Shown here: positions 31,601 to 40,627 of the stretch, piece after piece | Layout of the letters: each line of letters begins with the position of its first letter | Numbering within the stretch: position 1 is the first letter of the stretch | From: Thermodesulfobacteriota bacterium | Lineage (GTDB): Bacteria > Desulfobacterota > Desulfarculia > JACQYL01 | DNA length: 64,000 bases | Assembly: GCA_963675595.2 (NCBI GenBank) | Contig: CAXXLZ010000002.1 | Coordinates: 2,176,001-2,240,000, forward strand | Reading direction: 5' to 3' | Notes under the pieces: generated by a model | Told to the model about the DNA's origin: nothing | Databases searched by the model: none | The model's input: the letters and a program-made list of their open reading frames with translations, nothing else | Position numbers and translations under genes: made by a program

Positions 31601-34600
31601 ATAGAGTTGTGCATCGGCCGCTGAGGCGTTCAATTGGCGCAGCAGCACCTGGCCATGGGTCCATGCCAGACCGAAGACGCGATCCGCGAGGCGCCGATCC
31701 TGGTATTTTTCCACAAGGCGTAGCGCTGCATCGCGGGTTTCGGCGATGCCGGAGACCATGTTTATCGTTGCCGATTCTTCGGGATCCAGCGTTATCCGAT
31801 AGCGGATGGCGACAATCGGATCGAGCACGGAGCCCTCGCTGCCCGAAAGCGCCTCGCTAACAAAACCAGCGCCTCCGGTCAGCGCCTGAGGATCGGCAAC
31901 GGTGTTTCCGCGGCCGATGAACTGCATGCGATCAGTCTCATAGGAGACTTCTCCGATCTCCGCCCCGTGTGCGGCCATCAGGTGCAGCATCCAGGGCGCC
32001 TGCTCGCTCTGGGAGCGGGGCCGGCGTGTGCAGAGGATCGCCCGCTGCGGTCGAAGGATTTCGGTCTGCACAAAGAGATTACTGAACGCCGGATGCAGGG
32101 CATCCGTCGCCGTCGAGGCCAAAACGACTTCCGCGTAACTGGTAACGTCTATCGATCGCCTCGTCCGCGCACGGTTGGTGATGCGGACGCGGCGCAGTTC
32201 GATGTCATCCTCGGGCGAAACAGCGATCTCGGTATGGGTTTCATAGTCGTGGTCGCGGCCGCGAAACTCGGCTCGACCTTCCGAGAAGATTGCCTCAAAA
32301 TGATTCGATCGCTTGAGCGTCGGCTGACAGGTGGTTGACCAGAATTCCCTGCTGGTCACGTCGCGAAGGTAACAGAAGGAGCCCCAGCTGTCGCAGGTAC
32401 TGTCTTCTCGCCAGCGCGTGACGGCCATGTCGTTCCAGCGGCTGTACCCGCCGCCTGCGTTCGTGACCATCACATGGTACCTGCCGTTCGAGAGCAACTG
32501 CACCTCCGGTATCTGAGTGTCGGGGCTGTGGAAGATGCGCACCGGCGTTTCCGGAACTTTGGGTGTCGTCTGTGAGTCGGAGAGCTCGGCTGTGTGCCAA
32601 TAGATGGCTGTGGCCTTGGGAATCCGCTCCTGGAGCAACAGCGTGGTCGCCTGGAACATCGGGTCCGACTCAAATCGCTTCTGCATCGGTTGGTCCAGGA
32701 GCAGATAAGCCAGGGCGAGGAAACTCATGCCCTCGTGATGGGCCATGTACGAACGAACCACGGCACTCGATTGCCCGGGCGGCAGTCGCGACGGGGTGTA
32801 GTCGACGGCTTCATAGAGTCCGTATTTCCCATCCAGCCCTTCAGCAGCGAGTCGCTGCAGATTCAGGCACGCCTCCTCGGGCGCCACCATCAAGGCGAGC
32901 GCCGAGGCATAGGGCGCAATGACCAAATCGTCCGCCAATCCTCTGTTGAGCCCCAGACCGGGCACGCCGAACGCGCGGTACTGGTAGTTGTGATGAACGT
33001 CGATCGCGTTGTAGCCGGACTCAGAAATACCCCAGGGTCGCCCGTGGCTCCTCCCATATGCGATCTGCCTCCCCACCGCAGCCCGGTAGGTCTGGTCGAG
33101 CAGGGTGTCTCCGTAAGTCGGCATTACCAGGAGCGGCATGAGGTACTCAAACATCGAGCCGCTCCACGACAGCAGGATCGGCTCTCCACCGGCGACGGTG
33201 AGCAGACGTCCCAGTGCGAACCAGCTCGCCTGCGGCAGTTGTCCCTGCGCAATTGCTACGAAACTGGAAAATCTCGCTTCCGAAGCCAGAAGATCATAGT
33301 AACTCCCGTCCAGACGGTGTTCACCCACGTTGTACCCGATCGCCAGCAGATGACGCTTCTCGTCAAACAGAAAGTCATAGTCCATCCGGGCGAGTGCGTC
33401 GCATTGCAGGGCAAGTCCTTTGATAACCGCCATCCTTGTTCTGGCGTGCCGGCTGGCTGCGGTGATAAGGCGTTGAAGTTCATCAAGCCGTGCGCTCTCC
33501 TCGGACGGCGCGGCAGAGCTCAGTTGCTGCTCGATGGGCGGCAGTACCTTCACGTCCAGTGCGGCCAGTTCGCGCAGCGTTGGGATCTCGTCAAGATCAG
33601 GAAAGTCTCCGAGGTGATTTTGAGAAGATAAAAGCTCCGTCCACGGCGCGAGAGACATGAGTTCATCGAGGGTGTCTCGACATTGCCCGGCGAACGCACG
33701 GGCCCACCGCCCCAATTGGTTTTCAGCTCCGGCATCGAGAGCTTCGATGCCGGCGACGAATTCCGCAGCGGACGTTGCCAACCGATCAAGGCACCGTCGC
33801 AAAGCCATGAGCGTGGTGGGATAGGAACGGGTCGCAGACTCCAGGTCCTGCTGAATCTGAGCGAGCTGGGCCGGGGCATATTTTTCCGGAGTGGCGGCCG
33901 CAGCATCCACGACAATCCCGAGGGTATCGCTTAGGCCCTCAAACAAGCGCGTTCCCACGATCTTGTGATCGGTAAGTCCCAGCAGCCCCGACCGCAATGT
34001 CAGCAAATGGCCCGCGAGGTTCCCGCTGTCCACTGTCGAAATATAGAGAGGGGGCAGCGGTTTCAGGGACTCGGTGTCATACCAGTTGTAGAAGTGGCCT
34101 CGGTGTCGTTCCAGGGCTTCCATGGTGCGGAGTGCCTTGTCCGTGCGATCGAGGAGTTGTCCGGCCGAAACATAGCCGAAGTCGTAGGCGGATAAATTGG
34201 CCAGCAGCGCAAGTCCCATGTTGGTCGGCGACGTGCGGTGTGCCACCACGGGATCGGAATGCTCTTGATAGTTATCCGGCGGCAGCCAATGATCTTCCGG
34301 ACCGATGAAGGTCTCGAAGAAGGCCCAGGTCTTTCGGGAAAGCGTCTTAAGAAAGAGGGTCTGATCAGCCGTCAGCGTTGTTCGCCGGCGGGCAAGCGGT
34401 TGACTCATCCACCAGGCAATGGCAGGAGAGGCAAACCAGAGGCCCAGGATGGGTCCCGCCATGCCGAGCGCGGCCGGCCTCGAAAAGGTCAGATAAATCC
34501 CCGCAGCAGCGGCCAGGACAGGGGCAAACCACATTGTCCGCCAGGCGGCGGCGAGGTCCATACGGTTTTGGTGATCCGAGTCGCCCGACGGATTCCATTG

Positions 34601-37438
34601 TAGCAGTCGCTTATGCGTGATGAGCATCCGCCAGCCGACGCGCGCCATGGCATCCAGACTGAAAAACGCTTCGTATGGAAGGCATACGAGCGTGAATGCA
34701 GCCTGAACGAAGTGCCGGAGGGCCGAGCGCGCCTCGGCAGCGAGGTGCTGCCCCGGAGTCACATCGACTGGCTTCTGAAGCACGTTCAGGGCCGAAGCCG
34801 TCAAAGAAGGAATCAGGATGATGCCGATCACCGCCAAGGTCCAGAACCAGGCCGATGGCAACACGGCCCAGCCTAACAGCAGCAGGAGTGTCAACGCCGC
34901 AGCCATCAGACTGCGCCGCAGGTTATCGAAGATCTTCCAGCGGGACAGCAATGAGAGCGGATTCTTCTGCAGCCGCGCATCGGGGATGGGAATATCCGGC
35001 AACAGCCAGCGTGCAATCTGCCAATCACCGCGAATCCAACGGTGCCGGCGCGTCACGTCTGCGCTGTAGCGGGATGGGTATTCCTCATACAACTGCACAT
35101 CGTTCAACAGCCCGGCCCGGGCGTAACACCCTTCCAGAAGATCGTGGCTGAGGATCCGGTTGTCTGGTAATCGCCCAGCCAACGCCCGTTCGAATGCATC
35201 CACGTCATAGATGCCCTTGCCGATAAACGAGCCTTCACCGAACAGGTCCTGGTAAACATCGGAAATGGAGCGCGTATACGGATCGATGCCGGGATCACTG
35301 GCGCACATGAGCGCATACCGCGACCGGTTTGCGCGTGGCAGGCTCACCGCCACCCGTGGCTGAAGAATGCCGTAGCCTGCAACGACACGTTGCCGGCCTT
35401 CGTCGTAGCGCGCACGATTGAGCGGGTGCGCCATGGCGCCCACAAACTGCCATGCCGAATCCCTGGGAAGCAGTGTGTCCGTGTCCAGGGTGATCACGTA
35501 CTTCACGTCCGATAAGACCGCGGTTTTACCGACCACGAGCGCGAAGCGATCACTTGATCCGCCGCGCAGAAGCCCATTCAAATCCATAAGCTTGCCGCGC
35601 TTGCGCTCGTACCCCATCCAGATCCGGTCCAGTGGATTCCATCGGCGCGGTCGATGAAACAAAAAGAAGGTATCGCCTTCCGGACTCCGGTACTTGTCGT
35701 TTAGATCTTCGATTCTCCGCTGGGCCAGCCGCAACAACGGTTCGTCTTCCGGCAGCATTTCCTCGATTGCGTCGTGAAAATCGGTCAGCAGGCCGAAGTG
35801 GAGATGGTCATCCCGATTTGCCAGGAAGCGGACCTCCAGTGCCTCGATCAGGTCAGCGATGTTTTGATCGTTCGTGAGCATCGTCGGGACCACCACCAGC
35901 GTTCGGAATTCCGCCGGGATCCCTTTGGAGAAGTCCATGCGCGGCAGCGGCTGCGGCGTCGCCAGCAGCGTTGCCAGCCAGTTCACCAGGGCTACCGCCA
36001 AATGACTGGCGCCCAGAACAAAGAGCACTCCGACCAACCCCAGCGCCCAACCCCGCAATCCGCCGGCATAGGCCTTCGCCGCGAAGCACCCGGCGAAAAT
36101 CGTGGTCATCAGCAGGATGGCGCCGCCATACAGCAGCAATAGAAATCGGCGGCTGATTTTGTGCAGAACCTCAGCAGACGATAAGCGCACCTCAGCCATT
36201 CGTTCGAGCTGCGCCAATCCCTTGTCGATCAGGTAGAAGCCGACATGCGCCGAGCGGTCGTCACCGCCTTTCCGAGCAGCGCTATCCTGCGCCAGCCGGA
36301 TCGCTTGGCGCGCCACCTCGCTCTCGGAGCGGGGACTGCTCTTCGCAGCCTTTTCCACCACGTGTCGGTAGCGATCCCGGGTGGCAAAATCCATCTCGCC
36401 GTAGACGCCGCCAGGATCCTCACATAGGGTCTGCTCGACAATGCTCATCGTCTCGACGAACTCGCGCCAGTCCATCGCGCCCAGGAAACGGAGACTGCCG
36501 ATGCTGTTGCTCATCGAAACCTGGTCGGCGGCCTGTTGCTGGTTCTCCGAGCGCACCACCTGTTCGATGGTCAGGCCGGACTCGGACATTCGCTGTTCAA
36601 TCCAGGTGAGCGGCAGTGCCAGAGCGGGACCCCGGCCCTGCAACCGCCGGGAAAATTCTGCGACAAATGAACTCTCCAGCGGCGGGTTCGACCGAGCCAT
36701 GTCGGCGAGCCCCAGAACCAGGCTTTTCGGGTTCTTCGCGGCGATTTCAGTCATCTGATCCGCCCAGTAGCCGGCGCGGTTTCGCTCGATCCTTCCGGCG
36801 GCGATCCGGGCGGCGACACGCCGGAGATTTTCGATCAGGGCCAGGCGCACCATGATCGGGATGGCCCACAATTCGCCAAGATTCAGGGTGGTCACCGACT
36901 GGTAGGCGGCCACGAAACTGCTGAGATTTTCCGGGTCCATCCGACCATCGCCGTGCGAGATAATCTCAAGCGCAATGTCATACACGCGCGGAAGCCCGGC
37001 CGATGGGCCGTTCAGCAAACGCGGCAGCTCCCGGCTGTAACCCTTGGGCAGATGTCGCCTGGCCGTTTGAATCTGTTCTTCGATCAGATAGAAGTTGTCG
37101 AGAAGCCATTCCCCGGCAGGTGCAATCACAAGCTTGGCCGTGACTGCCTGCGTCAGCAGGTTGCGGGCTCCGATCAGGACGTCTTCATTCTCAGCCAGAC
37201 GCGTCAGAAGTCGGTCCGAACCGTGTCCTAAACTCAGCTTGTGCGAGTCCGCCAGGGCCTTGCCGTGTCGTTTCATCTGGTCGCTGCTGAATAGTTCCGA
37301 TCGCAGCGGCAGCTCGTCTCCGGTGTACTCTTGTTCCGCGACGGTTCTACCGAATCGCGCCCTTAAATGGAACAGGAGCCGGAGAATCCTCTTGTCGCTC
37401 AGCCTCACTCTTGGTATCTCCTTCTTATGACATGCCAT
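28661..37438 (-). CDS. ndvB: Cyclic beta-1,2-glucan synthase (Cgs/NdvB/ChvB type) with C-terminal GH94 phosphorylase domain
   Basis: About 2900 aa; WMGYERKRGK, TLDTDT, SHDLLEG, RRHRWIRGDWQ, YDLLASEAR, GFRDQLQD, GDWNDGMN, ENGGQYTHAA. Alternative GTG start at 37408 after AAGGAG. Confidence 0.93.
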   Translation of the reverse strand: MACHKKEIPRVRLSDKRILRLLFHLRARFGRTVAEQEYTGDELPLRSELFSSDQMKRHGKALADSHKLSLGHGSDRLLTRLAENEDVLIGARNLLTQAVTAKLVIAPAGEWLLDNFYLIEEQIQTARRHLPKGYSRELPRLLNGPSAGLPRVYDIALEIISHGDGRMDPENLSSFVAAYQSVTTLNLGELWAIPIMVRLALIENLRRVAARIAAGRIERNRAGYWADQMTEIAAKNPKSLVLGLADMARSNPPLESSFVAEFSRRLQGRGPALALPLTWIEQRMSESGLTIEQVVRSENQQQAADQVSMSNSIGSLRFLGAMDWREFVETMSIVEQTLCEDPGGVYGEMDFATRDRYRHVVEKAAKSSPRSESEVARQAIRLAQDSAARKGGDDRSAHVGFYLIDKGLAQLERMAEVRLSSAEVLHKISRRFLLLLYGGAILLMTTIFAGCFAAKAYAGGLRGWALGLVGVLFVLGASHLAVALVNWLATLLATPQPLPRMDFSKGIPAEFRTLVVVPTMLTNDQNIADLIEALEVRFLANRDDHLHFGLLTDFHDAIEEMLPEDEPLLRLAQRRIEDLNDKYRSPEGDTFFLFHRPRRWNPLDRIWMGYERKRGKLMDLNGLLRGGSSDRFALVVGKTAVLSDVKYVITLDTDTLLPRDSAWQFVGAMAHPLNRARYDEGRQRVVAGYGILQPRVAVSLPRANRSRYALMCASDPGIDPYTRSISDVYQDLFGEGSFIGKGIYDVDAFERALAGRLPDNRILSHDLLEGCYARAGLLNDVQLYEEYPSRYSADVTRRHRWIRGDWQIARWLLPDIPIPDARLQKNPLSLLSRWKIFDNLRRSLMAAALTLLLLLGWAVLPSAWFWTLAVIGIILIPSLTASALNVLQKPVDVTPGQHLAAEARSALRHFVQAAFTLVCLPYEAFFSLDAMARVGWRMLITHKRLLQWNPSGDSDHQNRMDLAAAWRTMWFAPVLAAAAGIYLTFSRPAALGMAGPILGLWFASPAIAWWMSQPLARRRTTLTADQTLFLKTLSRKTWAFFETFIGPEDHWLPPDNYQEHSDPVVAHRTSPTNMGLALLANLSAYDFGYVSAGQLLDRTDKALRTMEALERHRGHFYNWYDTESLKPLPPLYISTVDSGNLAGHLLTLRSGLLGLTDHKIVGTRLFEGLSDTLGIVVDAAAATPEKYAPAQLAQIQQDLESATRSYPTTLMALRRCLDRLATSAAEFVAGIEALDAGAENQLGRWARAFAGQCRDTLDELMSLAPWTELLSSQNHLGDFPDLDEIPTLRELAALDVKVLPPIEQQLSSAAPSEESARLDELQRLITAASRHARTRMAVIKGLALQCDALARMDYDFLFDEKRHLLAIGYNVGEHRLDGSYYDLLASEARFSSFVAIAQGQLPQASWFALGRLLTVAGGEPILLSWSGSMFEYLMPLLVMPTYGDTLLDQTYRAAVGRQIAYGRSHGRPWGISESGYNAIDVHHNYQYRAFGVPGLGLNRGLADDLVIAPYASALALMVAPEEACLNLQRLAAEGLDGKYGLYEAVDYTPSRLPPGQSSAVVRSYMAHHEGMSFLALAYLLLDQPMQKRFESDPMFQATTLLLQERIPKATAIYWHTAELSDSQTTPKVPETPVRIFHSPDTQIPEVQLLSNGRYHVMVTNAGGGYSRWNDMAVTRWREDSTCDSWGSFCYLRDVTSREFWSTTCQPTLKRSNHFEAIFSEGRAEFRGRDHDYETHTEIAVSPEDDIELRRVRITNRARTRRSIDVTSYAEVVLASTATDALHPAFSNLFVQTEILRPQRAILCTRRPRSQSEQAPWMLHLMAAHGAEIGEVSYETDRMQFIGRGNTVADPQALTGGAGFVSEALSGSEGSVLDPIVAIRYRITLDPEESATINMVSGIAETRDAALRLVEKYQDRRLADRVFGLAWTHGQVLLRQLNASAADAQLYGRIAGSIIYSNASLRVDPSVIIKNHRGQSGLWGYAISGDLPIVLLQIEDPANIDLVRQLVQAHAYWRLKGLEVDLVIWNEDHAGYRQLLHDQIMGCINAGTEPRLTDRPAGIFVRSVEHISEEDRILIQTVARAIFTDSRESLADQINRRSLVETAIPLLTPTRTHRSKPPAVSALPRHDLTFFNGVGGFTPDGREYVITTAHGQVTPAPWVNVLANPHFGTVISESGSAYTWSENAHEFRLTPWGNDPVSDSSGEAVYLRDEERGHFWSPTPLPCRGATPYVTRHGFGYSVFEHTERGIRSELWVYVAMDAAIKFAVLKVQNVTERPRRLSATGYAEWVLGDLRPKSSMHVITEIDPNTGTLFARNPYNTEFSARVAFFDVDDTTCTATGNRTEFLGRNGTLRAPAAMTRIRLSGKAGAALDPCAAIQVSFDLAAGQEREIVFRLGVGRDAEDARNLVNHFRGSTAAREALDGVWQHWTHTLGEVNVETPDPALNVLANGWLLYQTLGCRLWARSATYQSGGAFGFRDQLQDVMALIHARPHLVREHLLLCAARQFPEGDVQHWWHPPTGRGVRTRCSDDYLWLPLTTCRYVLTTGDTGVLDEPVHFIQGRPVKTDEESYYDLPDRSEESATLYEHCVRAIRRGLRFGERGLPFMGSGDWNDGMNLVGEDGKGESVWLGFFLYEVLMRFTKVARIHGDASFAERCVKEGAGLRRNIERHGWDGEWYRRAYFDDGSPLGSSANPECRIASIAQSWSVLSGAGDHERSRMAMEAVDERLVRRQHGLIQLLDPPFDKSALNPGYIKGYVPGVRENGGQYTHAAIWAAMAFARLGDNRRAWELFSMINPVNHARSIEETATYQVEPYVVAADVYALPPHTGRGGWTWYTGSAGWMYRLIVESLLGLRLEVDKLRFTPCLPADWEGFKMHYRYRETVYHIDVLQTPAGSDEMRVSVDGIEQPDKTITLVDDQKEHRVEVGIPR

Positions 37439-37640
37439 GCGCTGTGCACGGCATACGGACTTTGTCGAAAAATATTTGTTGACCTAAAGGCGCTTAACCA
37501 AGCACACCCTCTCTGATTGACTCCACTCATCGTGTGGCCGGTCATCTATAGCAGCCTCCACAGAATCAAGAAAATCACAAATAGGGTCCATCCAACAATC
37601 CCGCACAGCCGCCCCATTCGTTTCAGATCGGATCGTCCGG

Positions 37641-37795
37641 TTGAGCGGACCCAAGGTCGACGGCAAATGCCCCCATCTCCTTAGACGAGTGGTGGTGTGG
37701 GACCAGACCAACGGCCGTGAAATCGTTTTGCGGGCCAATCACCTAGAGTTTGGCTCCACATCCATCGCAGCCATCTATAAGTTCAGATGGAAGAA
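37641..37795 (+). pseudogene. IS4-family transposase fragment
   Basis: LRRVVVWDQTNGREIVL..NHLEFGSTSIAAIYKFRW, an IS4 C-terminal Y..RW segment. Confidence 0.65.
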
Positions 37796-38078
37796 AAACC
37801 TTCTTTGGCACCGTGAGGACGCCCTTCCCACCCAACCTTTTCATGTCAATAAGAAATGGAGTTCATCCCGCCGGATTCCACCAGCCAATCCAGGTCGGTC
37901 TGGCGCTTACTGCGGTGACAGCGGGGAAAATACCCGCTGCCACCATCGCCGCGTTGATGACACCCGGCATACTGAAACGTTCGTCAGGGGCCTCCCGGCG
38001 TCTCCGCGTCTCGATGGCCGTTAATCTGGGAAGGGCCCTCGACCGCATTCCTATCACGTAAACGACCTTGCGGAAGCT

Positions 38079-38357
38079 TCATGCGAAATATGCCAACGCA
38101 TTCCGCAGGTCCCCATCGATATCGTCGACCATTTCATCCAGTTCTTTCTTGAACTTCTGATAGCTGTTCTGATCGGAATTCTCCAACTTCTTCAGGTGCG
38201 CCGCGGCCTTCTCGTGTTTTTGAGGGATCACCTCTACCCGGACATCCCGCGGCGCGTCTTTCTTTCGCTCCATCAGCGTCTTGAGCTCGCTATAAGTATC
38301 GTGGAATTTCAAGAGTCTCGTTTCCATTTCAGCCCTGTACATTTCTTTTTCGTCCAT
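38079..38357 (-). CDS. Hypothetical coiled-coil protein, distant sll1863-like
   Basis: GGAGGT RBS; charged helical 92-aa ORF MDEKEMYRAEMETRL. Confidence 0.65.
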   Translation of the reverse strand: MDEKEMYRAEMETRLLKFHDTYSELKTLMERKKDAPRDVRVEVIPQKHEKAAAHLKKLENSDQNSYQKFKKELDEMVDDIDGDLRNALAYFA

Positions 38358-38583
38358 CAGAAACACCTCCCTTTCACGTAGCATTGGGTTTACCGGTGTT
38401 GGAGTCAGCGGCAAGTTGTAGCCTTCGCATCATTTCAGGCATCGTAGATTAAATCCGCGGTCCATACTAAAAAGCTCTTTCGCAATCAGCTGACTGTCTT
38501 TATACAACTTTGTCTTCCCCTATGGCTCATCCCTGATAACACTTGTTTCCTGTCACGAAATGATTGATAACTGCCGTTTCAAG

Positions 38584-38640
38584 ATCGGGATAGGGGAAGG
38601 CCTCGCGGCCATCGCCCTCCAACACCAACGTACATACGGG
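38584..38640 (-). ncRNA. Group II intron (class IIC-like) 3' remnant: half of domain V plus domain VI
   Basis: Minus strand CCCGTATGTACGTTGGTGTTGGAGGGCGATGGCCGCGAGGCCTTCCCCTATCCCGAT, ending in the typical CCTATCCCGAT. Confidence 0.7.
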
Positions 38641-39100
38641 AGACATGATTTTCGATGCATTGTGCAAGAGGGTTATCAGCCTGGACGAGAGTATTGAACC
38701 CTTGGTCGCTGGAAGCAGTTCGTTGTGATGATGTTTGCTTAAATCACAACATGACACGGCCTTCGCGATATCGTGAATCAATTCCGGTTTCAATCGAGAA
38801 GGTTTCTATCACCAGGGTGCGTGCGTAGTTAAGCATTCCACCCTCGCGGACGCGAACCGTTGCCGTGACGCCGGGTTTTCGAAGCCATTTTTCATCATCA
38901 GTACAAAAAGTGTGCGTCCTTAGCCCCGAAGAAGCGATTTCGCTTCAAAAGCAAGCTGTATTCCCTGGACGCATCGGTGGTGGATTTATGCCTATCGTTG
39001 TTTGACTGGGCCAAGTTTCGGACCACCAAAGGCGGCATCAAACTCCACACGCTGTTGGACCACGATGGGTACATGCCGGCTTTCGTACAGGTCACCGAGA
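38641..39100 (+). pseudogene. IS4-family transposase remnant
   Basis: WKQFVVMMFA*..LRDI..STLADAN, then YSLDASVVDLCLSLFDWAKFRTTKGGIKLHTLLD, with stops and frameshifts. Confidence 0.8.
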
Positions 39101-39169
39101 CCAGACGCCCTCCGCCTCCCCCGTAACGACCGAGTCCACACGCTCCATGACCTCCCCGGGCACATGGTC

Positions 39170-39363
39170 GCGTAAATGCCGCCCACGAGCGCAACAGCGC
39201 CCGCGATCGGAGACAGCGGAATCGTTCTCGTCTTCTGGGCCGTCACATGGACCGGACCGATATCAACGACCTTCTCTCTGGTCGTGTAGGTGATGCCCTG
39301 ATAGGCAAGGGTCGCGATCCCTAAAACAATGAGGATCAAGCCTATCAGTGTGTATCTATTCAT
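39170..39363 (-). pseudogene. DUF3185-like small membrane protein with disrupted 3' end
   Basis: LIGLILIVLGIATLAYQGITYTTREKVVDIGPVHVTA..TIPLSPIAGAVALVGGI, then runs into unrelated sequence. Confidence 0.65.
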
Positions 39364-39399
39364 TTCGCTCTTCCTTCACATCGTCGGTTCAGCTTATGA

Positions 39400-39580
39400 C
39401 CTTCCGCGCGCCCCCGAAAGATATTGACCACCTCCACGATCAAGGCGACTAGATATTGACCACCTCCACGATCAAGGCGACTATCAGCAGGATGTGAATA
39501 ATCCCTTCCATCGTGTAACTGCTCAGTAGCCACGGCAGTCACAGCGTCACGGCAATGGTCCGATGTAGAGTAACTTCCAT
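39400..39580 (-). pseudogene. Degenerate third lmo0937-family copy
   Basis: TIAV..*..WLLSSYTMEGIIHILLIVALIVEVVNI; contains an in-frame stop and a 32-bp duplication. Confidence 0.65.
39419..39482. repeat. Perfect 32-bp tandem duplication
   Basis: AGATATTGACCACCTCCACGATCAAGGCGACT occurs twice. Confidence 0.95.
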
Positions 39581-39714
39581 TTCTTGTCGGAGGCCTTGCC
39601 TCATGTGCGTAAACCAAATCGGCGGAATATCTATTCCCCAAGGGGGAGGGCCGTAGAACGGACCTCCTCACTGGTCCGGAACGTCAACTCTGGATGACGA
39701 TTTTCTGAAAAAGT

Positions 39715-40548
39715 CTACCGGAACCTATTTAGATCCATTTCCAATAAATCTAACCGACGGGAAATGTCCGTTCTCTCATCCTGCGTGGTATATCTGCCTC
39801 CTTCCGTCATTCGCAAATACTCACGCCGAACTGCGTCTAATCCTGCTTGAAGTTCTCTCCCCTCCGTCTGAGGCAGACGCCCGTTGCCTCTTCCGTCATC
39901 GATTCTCCTTTGGAGTGCGATAATCCTGTCCCCAATCCTTGGTTCTTGAATACCTGAAGTCCGGGCGGGCGCCCTGTTGATCTCCTCTCCGAGCGAATCG
40001 AGTCTTCCAAGAAGGCTGTCCCATTCTTCCCTGTAGACTTGCTTGTCTTTCAGCGCCGCATAGTCTCTTTGGATAACCTTCAGTTTCGTCAGAAAACCCT
40101 GGGACTGATCGGGGGTAAGCGCGCCGGTCTTCAGCCCATCCCCAATCTTCTCCTGGATTACAACCATCTTGGTCTCTGCACTTCTTTCGTAATCCGGCCA
40201 TGTCTGCCTTGGTTCTTGAATTCTTTTAGTTTGGGCCGACGTCCTGTTGATCTCCTCTTCGAGCAAATCGAGTCTTCCAAGAAGGCTGTCCCATTCTTCC
40301 CTGTAGACATTTCTGTTTCTCAGCGCCGCATAGTCTCTTTGGATGACCTTTAGTTTTGTCAGAAAAGTCTGGGACTGATCGGGGGTAAGCGCGCCGGTCT
40401 TCAGCCCATCCCCAATCTTCCCCTCGATTACATCCATCTTGGTCTCTGCATTCCTTTCATAACCCGGCCATGTCTGCATTGAGGCGCAGCCCCAAATCAA
40501 GCCTACTGCGAAAGCCACTGATACGATTAATAACGCAAATTTCTTCAT
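39715..40548 (-). CDS. Lipoprotein with internal 90-aa repeats
   Basis: AAGGAG RBS; lipobox IWGC; 270-bp tandem repeat (39937-40206 and 40207-40476) and a diverged third unit. Confidence 0.8.
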   Translation of the reverse strand: MKKFALLIVSVAFAVGLIWGCASMQTWPGYERNAETKMDVIEGKIGDGLKTGALTPDQSQTFLTKLKVIQRDYAALRNRNVYREEWDSLLGRLDLLEEEINRTSAQTKRIQEPRQTWPDYERSAETKMVVIQEKIGDGLKTGALTPDQSQGFLTKLKVIQRDYAALKDKQVYREEWDSLLGRLDSLGEEINRAPARTSGIQEPRIGDRIIALQRRIDDGRGNGRLPQTEGRELQAGLDAVRREYLRMTEGGRYTTQDERTDISRRLDLLEMDLNRFR

Positions 40549-40627
40549 TTTTGCTCCTTCCGTGTTGCTCTGGCTCGTTACCGGCCGGCGGCATCCACGC
40601 GCCCGCCGCCGGCAGCGATCCGGAAGC

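Noticed and set aside
39419-39482. Mini CRISPR array
   Set aside because: The two 32-bp units are adjacent with no spacer, lie within a pseudogene, and no cas genes are present.
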